A stretch of DNA of 64,000 nt. It comes from Promethearchaeota archaeon. GTDB taxonomy: Archaea > Asgardarchaeota > Lokiarchaeia > Sigyniarchaeales > SOKP01. The notes beneath the pieces were generated by a model that was given only the letters and a program-made list of their open reading frames with translations, had not been told where the DNA came from and made no database searches. A program made the position numbers and the translations under genes. Within the stretch, counting starts at the first letter, position 1. Each line of letters starts with the position of its first letter. The stretch is taken from the NCBI GenBank assembly GCA_016840085.1, contig JAEOTA010000073.1, positions 47,566 through 111,565 on the forward strand. Reading direction: 5' to 3'. Positions 51,943 through 60,957 of this stretch are shown piece after piece.

Positions 51943-52558
51943 ATTTTTAGATCTTGAAGAAGATCTAGAAAAATTAAGATCTACAATTAAAGAAGAAGTA
52001 TTTGATAATATAAAAAAATACAGACTTACTCCCCTTGAATTTACAATTATAGAGAGCATTTTTAATAGCAAGAGAATCTCTGGATATGACCTGATTCGAA
52101 TTTTGAATAAACATTTTGCTGGTACATGGAAAGCTCAATCAGGAACTATATATCCACTTTTATCTAAGTTAAAAAAGAATGGATTTCTAAAAATTGAACG
52201 TGTTAAAAGTGAGATAGGCCCTGTCAAGAAAGTTTATTCTCTAACTGAAGTAGGGGAAGAATTACTTAAAGTTAAAGTGAATAAGAATTTTCAAGATCAA
52301 TTGAACTTTATTGGGAATTTCTTAATCGAGCTTGCATCAATCTATATTCATTCTTTTTCTGAAGAACGAACGGAAGAAAGAATCAAAGAAGTTCAGAACT
52401 CAGTAAAAAAAGCTTTAGAAAATGTAATAAAAAATATTCCTCCAACCGTGAAATTTAAAACTTTATGTCAAAAATGCGGAACAGAATTTGATCGAAATAT
52501 AGTTAAATTTTGTTCTGAATGTGGAACTCCCTTATTTTCCATAGAAGATAATGAGTAA
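51929..52558 (+). CDS. PadR-family regulator with C-terminal zinc ribbon
   Basis: SGYDLI..W.AQSGTIYPLLSKL...KKVYSLTEVG; CQKCG...FCSECG. Confidence 0.9.
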   Translation: MWLSKFLDLEEDLEKLRSTIKEEVFDNIKKYRLTPLEFTIIESIFNSKRISGYDLIRILNKHFAGTWKAQSGTIYPLLSKLKKNGFLKIERVKSEIGPVKKVYSLTEVGEELLKVKVNKNFQDQLNFIGNFLIELASIYIHSFSEERTEERIKEVQNSVKKALENVIKNIPPTVKFKTLCQKCGTEFDRNIVKFCSECGTPLFSIEDNE

Positions 52559-52608
52559 AGAAAAAAGTTACCAATTCTAAACAAATTTTTTCAGAAAAAT
52601 TAATTTAA

Positions 52609-54192
52609 TTAATTAGTGGTTTTTACTGGTTTTGGTAATTTTTTAACCAGAGCAAGAGGTTCTATCACTTTATCTAAATTTTTAGATTTTTCAGTAATTA
52701 ATGATTTAACGACTTTTCCTTGTTCCATAAATTCTTTTAATTCATCAGAAATTACAGATTTCGTCATTCCCATTGAATGAAGCATATCTAACCCGCTCAC
52801 AATCACCGTTTTAGCAAATTGCGGTATATTTTTGCCCATCCAATTGAATTTTCCAAATGGATTGATGTATCTTTTTAGGAGCATTCTTAACCAGCCTTTA
52901 CTCATGTAATAAGCAGAATACGCTTCAGCTACTAATCGATACATTTCGATATTAGATAGCTGCTCAGTTCGCATCATTGGATGGAACAAATCATAGTGTT
53001 TATAATTATGACTCGTAATCATATTTTTTTTTGACATTTCATTGTAAAAATCAGTTCCTGGAAATGCTGTAATAGGTGTGAATTGAACACAAGTCATATT
53101 GAGAGAACGTGCAAATTGTATGTTTTGCCTAACCATCGTCTTAGTTTCTCCGGGAAATCCAATGATTACTCCTCCAAAAATCGAAATTCCTCTATCTTGA
53201 AGTAAAGATACAACTTTTCTAACCATATCGGGAGTTGTATTTTGCTTATTCATCGCATCAAGGCTTTGTTGATGAACTGATTCAATTCCAAGAAACACTT
53301 GTCTCATACCTGCTTTATGCATTAAATCAATTAACTCTGGATTTCTATATAGAGTATCAGCTCGAGATTGACAAGAAAAATACATTTTGTTCGGAACTCC
53401 TGAACGAATCATAGTTTCAAGAATCTGCTTTGTTCGCTTTATTTTAATTGTAAAATTATCTTCACAGAAAAAGATAAAATCGTTTTTCCAATCGATATCA
53501 TAAATTTCTTGCATAATTCGCTTAGTAGATTTTGTTCGATAGGTTACACGGCGATCTGAATTTCTCCACATTTTTATAATGCAACAGAATTTGCAATTAT
53601 GCGGACAACCTCGTGAAGTCTCAAGTTGCGCTACTCGTGCGCCTAAATATATATATTTTTTATCGTCTAATAAATCTCTTCGAGGCATAGGAAAATTATC
53701 TAAATTAGGTTCAAGCCTTCGATCTTTATTATGTATTACTTGTCCTTCTTTATTTTTATAAGAAACTCCATCAATATCATTTAATGTGGTTTTAGCTCTG
53801 TTTCCATCGAGATATTCTACTAGTTCCCGAAATGTATGTTCTCCTTCACCTCTTACAGCGTAATCTATTGCAGAGTGCTTTGCTACAAATTCAGGAACTA
53901 AAGTTGGTTGATATCCCCCGATTATTGTGGTACAACCATGATCTTTTGCCATTTGAGCTATTTCAAATGCATGAGAGATTTGGGGTGTCATACTTGTGAG
54001 AGCAACTATATCACTATCATTCAATAATGAACGAAATCTCTTCTCATTATACTTATGAACTTTAAAATCGAATAATTTCGCATCATGTTCGGGAACCATA
54101 GCTGCAATTGATATTAAACTTAAGGGAGGTCCCTTAATTATTGCATCAAGTCCAGAACTTAATCGAGCAGGATTAACATATAAAATGTTCAA
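52609..54192 (-). CDS. cobalamin-dependent (B12-binding) radical SAM enzyme
   Basis: N-terminal B12-binding region (PPLSL, IIGGYQPT, RGEGE), SRGCPHNCKFC, GIES, IIGFPGET, TAFPGT. Confidence 0.92.
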   Translation of the reverse strand: MNILYVNPARLSSGLDAIIKGPPLSLISIAAMVPEHDAKLFDFKVHKYNEKRFRSLLNDSDIVALTSMTPQISHAFEIAQMAKDHGCTTIIGGYQPTLVPEFVAKHSAIDYAVRGEGEHTFRELVEYLDGNRAKTTLNDIDGVSYKNKEGQVIHNKDRRLEPNLDNFPMPRRDLLDDKKYIYLGARVAQLETSRGCPHNCKFCCIIKMWRNSDRRVTYRTKSTKRIMQEIYDIDWKNDFIFFCEDNFTIKIKRTKQILETMIRSGVPNKMYFSCQSRADTLYRNPELIDLMHKAGMRQVFLGIESVHQQSLDAMNKQNTTPDMVRKVVSLLQDRGISIFGGVIIGFPGETKTMVRQNIQFARSLNMTCVQFTPITAFPGTDFYNEMSKKNMITSHNYKHYDLFHPMMRTEQLSNIEMYRLVAEAYSAYYMSKGWLRMLLKRYINPFGKFNWMGKNIPQFAKTVIVSGLDMLHSMGMTKSVISDELKEFMEQGKVVKSLITEKSKNLDKVIEPLALVKKLPKPVKTTN

Positions 54193-54283
54193 ATTTTTTC
54201 TTACCTAAACATTTCTTTTTAGTTTCTAGTTTGAGTAAATATTAATAAACTTTGTTGTTTCTACATAGCTCAAAAAAATCTCT

Positions 54284-55150
54284 TTATGGGTAAAAAGACT
54301 GACTAAGTTCATCATATCTGAAGCCTTTTAGAAACTTTGGGGCTTCTGTTATCCCCGTTCCTCTTATACATATATAATTTAGATTTCTTAAATTCTTTAA
54401 AGACTTGGGTAAATTAAAAACATCATTATGAGCTAAACTTAACTCTTTTAAAGAAGATAATTCCCCCATACCATCGGGTAGTGTGTGCAGGTTATTATAA
54501 TCTAAATAAAAATACTTAAGTGATTTTAATTTCGAAACTCCTTCCGGAATTTTTGTCAACTCGTTAAATTCTAAACTTAACGATTTTAAATGTGTGGCTT
54601 CAAATACTTCTTGCGGAATAGATTTTAAGCCCCATCCGTCTAAATTTATGTGTCTTATGTTGTGAAGTTTTCCATAATCACAATAATCTCGAAATTGGTT
54701 AATTCCAACTACTACTTTCGATTTTAAAAAATCCTGTCCAGAATATTTAAATATTGCTGTATGTAATGTCTGTCCTGCTTTATGCATTTGGATCTTTTCT
54801 CTAAAATCTTCAAGATATACTTTTCTCTTTAATGCAAAATCCTTATCTAACCAGTATCCTTCTTCATGTTTCCAGCTTGCAGCTTCCAAGATCTCTTCTC
54901 GAAGTTTCTCAGATAGTTTTCCACCCGTTAAAAGAGCAAAATAACCTATTACAAAATAGGGAGCCCTCCTAAAACTACGATTATGAACCATTTTCACGAG
55001 GGTGTCGTAGTTTTTCTCGAAGTTTTCCCTTGTAAGGTTCCTCTCGTGAAAAAAGAAATCATGAGATTCCAATCCACACGCATTCAGCATAAAAGATGCT
55101 ATATCAGCTTCCTCATCATCTTCTAATATTTCTACACCTGCTCTCGTCAT
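54284..55150 (-). CDS. leucine-rich repeat protein
   Basis: C-terminal LxxLxLxxNxLxxLP repeats (LKSLSLEFNELTKIP, LKYFYLDYNNLHTLP, LKELSLAHNDVFNLP). Confidence 0.9.
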   Translation of the reverse strand: MTRAGVEILEDDEEADIASFMLNACGLESHDFFFHERNLTRENFEKNYDTLVKMVHNRSFRRAPYFVIGYFALLTGGKLSEKLREEILEAASWKHEEGYWLDKDFALKRKVYLEDFREKIQMHKAGQTLHTAIFKYSGQDFLKSKVVVGINQFRDYCDYGKLHNIRHINLDGWGLKSIPQEVFEATHLKSLSLEFNELTKIPEGVSKLKSLKYFYLDYNNLHTLPDGMGELSSLKELSLAHNDVFNLPKSLKNLRNLNYICIRGTGITEAPKFLKGFRYDELSQSFYP

Positions 55151-55265
55151 TATTAATAATATGATAATCCTTTAATTTAAATTTCATGTCAAATAAAATG
55201 TTCTTAGTGCTCCAAGAGAAATCATAAAGAGGAATTTTGTTTTAAAAGATGTAGGTTCTTATTTC

Positions 55266-56408
55266 TTATTTAAAGTAAGAAATTAGGGTGTTTTTTATAC
55301 TCTCAAAATGCCCAAGATTAACTTTTAGAAGATCTTCAAATCCTTCTCTAATCCCAAGTCTTTCGATTCTTTCAGTGATTTTAAAATAAGGAGACTTTTT
55401 TAATTGTTTAATTAATGCTTTATTCTCCTTCACACCCTCAAGAAGATATTCAATTGAATTTATTTGATGTATACCTAGCATTTGCTGAATGATTGCCATT
55501 AACATTGTATCAAAAGTCACTCTTAAGATAACTTCATGATCAAATTCAGGTGATTTAGGAAATAGATAAGTTTTAAGAAGAGCAATTGACTCTTTAAAGC
55601 GACTAATGGAATCCATACCTAATTCCTTTATTTTATCATTAAAGTCACGGTTTTCAGAGGCTCGTAAACACAATGCTGAGAATGTTTGGTATTCTGCCAC
55701 AAAATGTATAACCCGAGCCCTTGCATTAAGCATCGTGTCTGTAGATTCCTCCTCATCGATAATATCTCTCAAATCTTCCAATGCTGACTTGAAATATGTT
55801 GCAATATCATTGAATTTTTTAGCTGCTGCCTCAAGTTCACCTGCTGATATTAAATACAAAGCACGTTTTTCTGCAGTTTCATATAGTTCATCAAATTTCT
55901 TAAGTTTCATTACTGCTTTAAGAATTAAACGTTTACCTAAATCTTTTTTTATTCGTGATCGTTCAAATGATTGTCCTGCTTTTAAAAGTAAGACTGAAGA
56001 AAGACTGTTATATTCTTCAGGATCAACTTCATGTAGATATTCTGAAGCTTTTTGCCAAGATTCTCCTGCAGTTTCCCAATCTCGCATTCTATATGAGACA
56101 TTTCCTAATTGTAATAATAATTTAGCTGAAACTTCGTATAATTTTAATTCCTCAGTTTTTCTGATAATAGATTTTAATCTATAGACTGCTTGAATATTAT
56201 TTTTAAACTGTGAGATTATTTGGGCAATTCTTATGTATAATTCGTCTAATTTGATATAACTCCCTAAATCAAGATAGATTTGGGCAGCCTTTTCGTAAAA
56301 ATTAATTGCTTCCTCGCCTTTGTTACGATCAGCTAAGTTCTCTGCTTTATCTATTAATTGTATTGCCTCGATTTCTTTATCTTCTTTATCATCCCAATTG
56401 TGGATCAT
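55266..56408 (-). CDS. TPR-like helical repeat protein, alpha-SNAP-like
   Basis: EAINFYEKAAQIY, DWETAGESWQKA, KAGQSF and GELEAAAKKFNDIA resemble SNAP/TPR helical hairpins. Confidence 0.65.
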   Translation of the reverse strand: MIHNWDDKEDKEIEAIQLIDKAENLADRNKGEEAINFYEKAAQIYLDLGSYIKLDELYIRIAQIISQFKNNIQAVYRLKSIIRKTEELKLYEVSAKLLLQLGNVSYRMRDWETAGESWQKASEYLHEVDPEEYNSLSSVLLLKAGQSFERSRIKKDLGKRLILKAVMKLKKFDELYETAEKRALYLISAGELEAAAKKFNDIATYFKSALEDLRDIIDEEESTDTMLNARARVIHFVAEYQTFSALCLRASENRDFNDKIKELGMDSISRFKESIALLKTYLFPKSPEFDHEVILRVTFDTMLMAIIQQMLGIHQINSIEYLLEGVKENKALIKQLKKSPYFKITERIERLGIREGFEDLLKVNLGHFESIKNTLISYFK

Positions 56409-56543
56409 AAAAATTCTCCATAAAATCAGACATTTAATAAATTAACTCTAATTTACAAAGACTCAATTAAGATATTAAAACCTTAGTATTGATTGGTTTT
56501 TCTTGTTATTTATTTGTTTTATTAATGAAATTTTCATATTATA

Positions 56544-57422
56544 TTACTCAAAGAGTTTAATTTTCCGACTTTTAATTATGTTTTTGAACTCAAATGATTG
56601 TTTTGCTGAAGCAAATGATTCTTTTGCGTCTTCAATCGCTCCATAAAAGATAAAATTAGATAACCATGATGCTATAAACATGATGCTTGCTCTCCTATAC
56701 CTAGTGTGAAATTTAGTATTTAAGCGTGGAGAGGAATATTGAAAAAGGAAAAGATTTGGTGCGGTACCTACTGGAAGTTCTAAAGACACACTAATTAATT
56801 TTTGAGTTTCCAATACATGTGCTAAGCTTTCTATATCAATGACGCCCCCATCAATCAAAATCTTTTTGATTCCTATACTCTTTAATCCTTCAAGAATATT
56901 TGAATTATCAGGTTGATTATTTTCTGTAAGATAAGCAAATCTTTGAGTGGATGTCATATTATTTGAGCCCAATATCAACACAACTATAGATTTTATTTTG
57001 TATTTTTGAAGTATTTGTATTTCTTTTTTGTTTTTTAGATTTGAAATAGTATTATATATATATTGGTCAGGTTTAATACTAAGTTCTGCGAGATATTTAA
57101 TTCCAGCAACTCTGGATTCAAAATTTCCTCCTAACACAAATGGTGGCTCATAATTATCTAAATAAAACTCTAGGTATTTAATCATAGCTTTTGGAGTTAT
57201 TGCTGATATTTCAATTAGGTGAGGGATATTATATTTCTCAGATAATGAGATTTGGGTATCAATCCTTTTTTTAGCTTTCTGAATATTAAAAATTTCACTA
57301 TTTTTTCTATCTACAATAGTCTCGTTTTGATAAAAAATTGTTCCAATTAGCACTGGGGGTAATTCAAAACTTCCTCTGCCTAATTTTATATTACCATAAG
57401 AATAAAATTTAGAGTTATTCAT
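56544..57422 (-). CDS. MtrH-family (tetrahydromethanopterin methyltransferase subunit H-like) protein, divergent
   Basis: PPVLIGTIFY...IVD...F...KA, IYNTI, LPVG, FYGAIE. Confidence 0.75.
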   Translation of the reverse strand: MNNSKFYSYGNIKLGRGSFELPPVLIGTIFYQNETIVDRKNSEIFNIQKAKKRIDTQISLSEKYNIPHLIEISAITPKAMIKYLEFYLDNYEPPFVLGGNFESRVAGIKYLAELSIKPDQYIYNTISNLKNKKEIQILQKYKIKSIVVLILGSNNMTSTQRFAYLTENNQPDNSNILEGLKSIGIKKILIDGGVIDIESLAHVLETQKLISVSLELPVGTAPNLFLFQYSSPRLNTKFHTRYRRASIMFIASWLSNFIFYGAIEDAKESFASAKQSFEFKNIIKSRKIKLFE

Positions 57423-57507
57423 ATTAGATCAATTATTAGATACGATAATTAAAATAGAAATGACTAACTATTTAATCTGCTAGATTTTTTAATGGTTAGG
57501 TATTTTT

Positions 57508-57765
57508 CTAAATTTTTCCTATCTTCATTAATATGTCTAGCTCTGCGATTAACCAACAGAGAATATCGTAAGGCGCGGAAGAAAAGTAGATTTGAGCTGC
57601 TTTTTCCTTTATTCTATCTTCTTGGTTATGTTTTGGATCTCTCTGTGCAATTAATTGTCTTTTTGCAAGCATCCAGCATAATTTATCATAAGTGTAATTC
57701 TTCTGTGAGATGTAATAAGCTGCAATATTTACTTGATTCCGCATTGCATTTTCAGTACCATTCAT
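57508..57765 (-). CDS. small protein consisting of a duplicated YDxLCW module (DUF2934-like)
   Basis: NQVNIAAYYISQKNYTYDKLCWMLAK...IKEKAAQIY...YDILCWLIAELDIL is clearly homologous to the C-terminus of 23940..24824. Confidence 0.85.
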   Translation of the reverse strand: MNGTENAMRNQVNIAAYYISQKNYTYDKLCWMLAKRQLIAQRDPKHNQEDRIKEKAAQIYFSSAPYDILCWLIAELDILMKIGKI

Positions 57766-57795
57766 AATTTTGTAGAATATTATTTTTTGTGATTT

Positions 57796-59001
57796 TTAAT
57801 AAAGATGGAGCTTTACATCGCAATTTCTACAACTCCCATCCTTTAATTTTTTAAAACAATCCTCATGATAAAGAGTATTACATTCCAAATTACCACATTG
57901 AACTGCTCTCTGTCCTTTTTCAAAAATAAAATGACATACTGGACATACATTAAATAAAGCATCTTCTCCGAGAATCCCAACATCTTCGATGAATTTTGCG
58001 GGAATAACTTCTGGTCTTTTAGCTGGCTTCTCCTTTGGACCTCCAGTAAGAATACGCAATTTTTGGATTTGAGATACTTCCATAGGAATTTTCACTAAAT
58101 AAAAACAATGTGGACATCTTGCGGTTCCAGATCTCTTTGCTATGTGATCCTTTTGAGAGTCTGCCCATGCAGCTAAACAATGTATATGAAAGGGAGTGGT
58201 ACAGTTAGGACAATACCTACCTGTCAAATAAAAAGAACCTTTAGTATAGGGGTTTTTATCAGAAAAACAGATTGAACACTTTTTATAATCAACCTCTCCT
58301 CTTATTTGTTTAGCCCTTTGTTCTTGGTCTTTAGTTAAATCTTGAACTCTTAATAAATCTGCTGCAATTTTTCTAAGAAAAGCTGGATTTTCAGTGATTG
58401 CCTTAGTATTTGCTCCATATGTTTTATAATTATCATCGGCAATTTCTTGGGCAGATCTTATTAAACTTTCAGGATCATTGTTATAAAAAAATCTGCCGTT
58501 AGTTAAATCACTTAATCTTTTTAAAATGTTTTGCTGACCTAATTCTCCTAGTAGAAACGTATCAATTTTAATATTCAAGCCTTGAGCAAGGCGAGCCATT
58601 TTTAGAGGATCTACAGCGGTGTTCATAGTTTTCCCATCAGAGATTAAAAGAATTCTAGGAGACTTCGCACCAACCTTCCGCAATTCCGCTATAAGAGTTT
58701 TTATTGATAATGCCAACCCGTCACCAATAGCCGAATACCCCCCACAAGTTAAAGAATCTAAAGCGGAATCTATATGCCCTATAAAACTGGAACTTGTAAA
58801 ATCAATTATTTTTTCTGCTGTATCAGAAAATTTCATTATAGCAAATGCACTTAAACTATCTTTATCAAATCTCTCTTTTATAAGAGTTTTAATGGCTTTT
58901 ACACAACTAGTCAATCGGTTCGGAGGGTAGTCTTTTCTAAACATCGATCTTGACGAGTCTATACAAACAACAATATTTTCTGGTATTCTTTGCTCAGCCA
59001 T
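57796..59001 (-). CDS. vWA domain protein (Ssl1/p44- or Rpn10-like) with two C-terminal RING-like zinc fingers
   Basis: MIDAS-type DSSRSM..KDYPPNRL and LISDG; CSIC..CPNC..FHIHC..W..CPHC; CPVC..C....C..YHEDC..CRNC. Confidence 0.85.
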   Translation of the reverse strand: MAEQRIPENIVVCIDSSRSMFRKDYPPNRLTSCVKAIKTLIKERFDKDSLSAFAIMKFSDTAEKIIDFTSSSFIGHIDSALDSLTCGGYSAIGDGLALSIKTLIAELRKVGAKSPRILLISDGKTMNTAVDPLKMARLAQGLNIKIDTFLLGELGQQNILKRLSDLTNGRFFYNNDPESLIRSAQEIADDNYKTYGANTKAITENPAFLRKIAADLLRVQDLTKDQEQRAKQIRGEVDYKKCSICFSDKNPYTKGSFYLTGRYCPNCTTPFHIHCLAAWADSQKDHIAKRSGTARCPHCFYLVKIPMEVSQIQKLRILTGGPKEKPAKRPEVIPAKFIEDVGILGEDALFNVCPVCHFIFEKGQRAVQCGNLECNTLYHEDCFKKLKDGSCRNCDVKLHLY

Positions 59002-59226
59002 TTTATGTTAAAGACTTTTGGGAACACTTTTAAAGAATAAGCTATAGAGTTTCGCAAATTACTCTATTTATTATTCTTTTCTTAATAATTAAATAATAGT
59101 TTAATCATTTAATTATTTAGATTAATGAAAAAATAAAGTTTTATTTTCTAAATAACATATATTTAATAATACTTTATTTATCTATTAAAATAGAGTTAAG
59201 ATAATTGTTTATAAATCTGATGCCAT

Positions 59227-60435
59227 ATGTTACAAGAAAATGATAAAAGTGTTGTTTTAAAAGATTTCTTTAAAAGTAACGTTTTAATCAATGAAGTAGA
59301 AGAAATACTACGATTCAAACCAGAAACTTTGATAGGAGTCGATAAAATTAGTTCTGATCATTTAATTGCTCATGGTATTAAAACAATAGAAGATTTAGCT
59401 AACTTAACAGTAACAAATCTCCCAGAAATAAAAGAAATATTACCCAATATACTTCAAAAATGGGTGAAAATTGCACAAATCATACAAAAAAATGTAAGAG
59501 AGCAGTTAAAGCGACATAAAAAAATTTTAATGGTTGGTCTAGATAATGGTGGCAAGACTTCAATCTTAGCTGTAGTTCAAGATAAATTTTCGATTATAAA
59601 ATCATTATTGCCAACAAGAGGCGTCAAGAGAGAAAAATTAGATTTCTTCGGTTATCCAATCATAAGCTGGGATTTAGGCGGGCAAATTATGTATCGCGAG
59701 AAGCTATATTTCAATAGACCAGAGTTATTTTTCACAGAAGCAGATATTATGTTGTATGTTGTCGATATACAAGATCCAGATAGATTTCCTGAAGCTGCAA
59801 ACTATTTTCGCGAAGTATTAAAAGCCTTTACAGAATTAGGAGAAAACCCAGAGTTATTAATAGTTTTGAGTAAAAGTGATCAAGATTTTAGAAAAACACT
59901 TCAATGGCAGCAGAATGTAACTACTATTAAAAATAAATTTACTAAAATTGTTGATGAATTCGAGCAATTTATAATTGATTTTTGTGACACAACAGTATTT
60001 CAAAAAGAGACCGTTATGCAAATGTTCAGTGTAGCGCTCACAAAGGTTTCTGATACTTCAGAGATTATTGAAAATATATTAGAAGATTTTATCAACCAAG
60101 TCGATGCAAAAGCAGCAAGTTTGGTATCAATGGATGGATTGATTTTTGGAAATTATACCAGAACTGATACAGATGAAATGTTAGTCAATAATACAGCATT
60201 ACTTTTGCAAACTCTTTCCAATTTCTATAATTCTATTGGATTAATAAGAGAAAGAACAATAAAACTTGATTTACCACTTAATGGATTTACTATTCGTGGT
60301 GAAAAATTATTTGAATATTCAGATCTCCAGATTCCTGTATATTTATGGGCGCTTGCTGAAGAACCTAAAAAATTAGAAGGTAAATTGGATTATTTCAAAG
60401 AACAATTATTACCTTTGATTAATCTGTTTCTTTAA
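59227..60435 (+). CDS. Arf-like small GTPase with N-terminal HhH-like and C-terminal roadblock/longin-like domains
   Basis: LIGVDKISSDHLIAHGIKTIEDLA (HhH-like); GLDNGGKT, PTRG, WDLGGQ, SKSD; C-terminal ASLVSMDGLIFG. Confidence 0.88.
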   Translation: MLQENDKSVVLKDFFKSNVLINEVEEILRFKPETLIGVDKISSDHLIAHGIKTIEDLANLTVTNLPEIKEILPNILQKWVKIAQIIQKNVREQLKRHKKILMVGLDNGGKTSILAVVQDKFSIIKSLLPTRGVKREKLDFFGYPIISWDLGGQIMYREKLYFNRPELFFTEADIMLYVVDIQDPDRFPEAANYFREVLKAFTELGENPELLIVLSKSDQDFRKTLQWQQNVTTIKNKFTKIVDEFEQFIIDFCDTTVFQKETVMQMFSVALTKVSDTSEIIENILEDFINQVDAKAASLVSMDGLIFGNYTRTDTDEMLVNNTALLLQTLSNFYNSIGLIRERTIKLDLPLNGFTIRGEKLFEYSDLQIPVYLWALAEEPKKLEGKLDYFKEQLLPLINLFL

Positions 60436-60523
60436 ATACACTTTTTTTAATGAAAGAAAGTAATATTATTCTTTTTGTTATTTGTTTTTTCAATATTTAG
60501 GAGTATAAAAAGAATCTATAAGA

Positions 60524-60736
60524 CTATTCCAATTCTTTATGAGCATTAAGTAAATATTCATTACACTTATCTAACATTTCAATTGCATTGGTTAATTTTT
60601 CGGCTACTAAATCCAATCCTTTATCTCTAGCAATATCTCTCCATTTCAAAAAACTTTCTTTATGCGAATCATTATGGTCTGCCCAATGTCTACATAATTT
60701 TGATAATTTTAAAACATCCTTATCTTGTTTATCCAA
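60524..60736 (-). CDS. small His-containing helical protein (putative metal/Ni-binding CODH accessory)
   Basis: HWADHNDSH motif; downstream of cdhA on the same strand. Confidence 0.7.
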   Translation of the reverse strand: MDKQDKDVLKLSKLCRHWADHNDSHKESFLKWRDIARDKGLDLVAEKLTNAIEMLDKCNEYLLNAHKELE

Positions 60737-60957
60737 CCTATCTCACATTTTAAATAATAAATAAATCTAAAATTAAAAATATTCATATTAACATTAACTT
60801 TTGGATTTTCTATGTAAACATATTTGAATAACCTTAGCTTGTTATTCAATCACTTAAATTTAATTAAATTTGAAATGAAATACATGCAATAGAAGATTTT
60901 AAAGCTGAAGCAAAAAAACATACAAAAAAAAAAGAAAAAGAAAAAAAGAAATATAAA

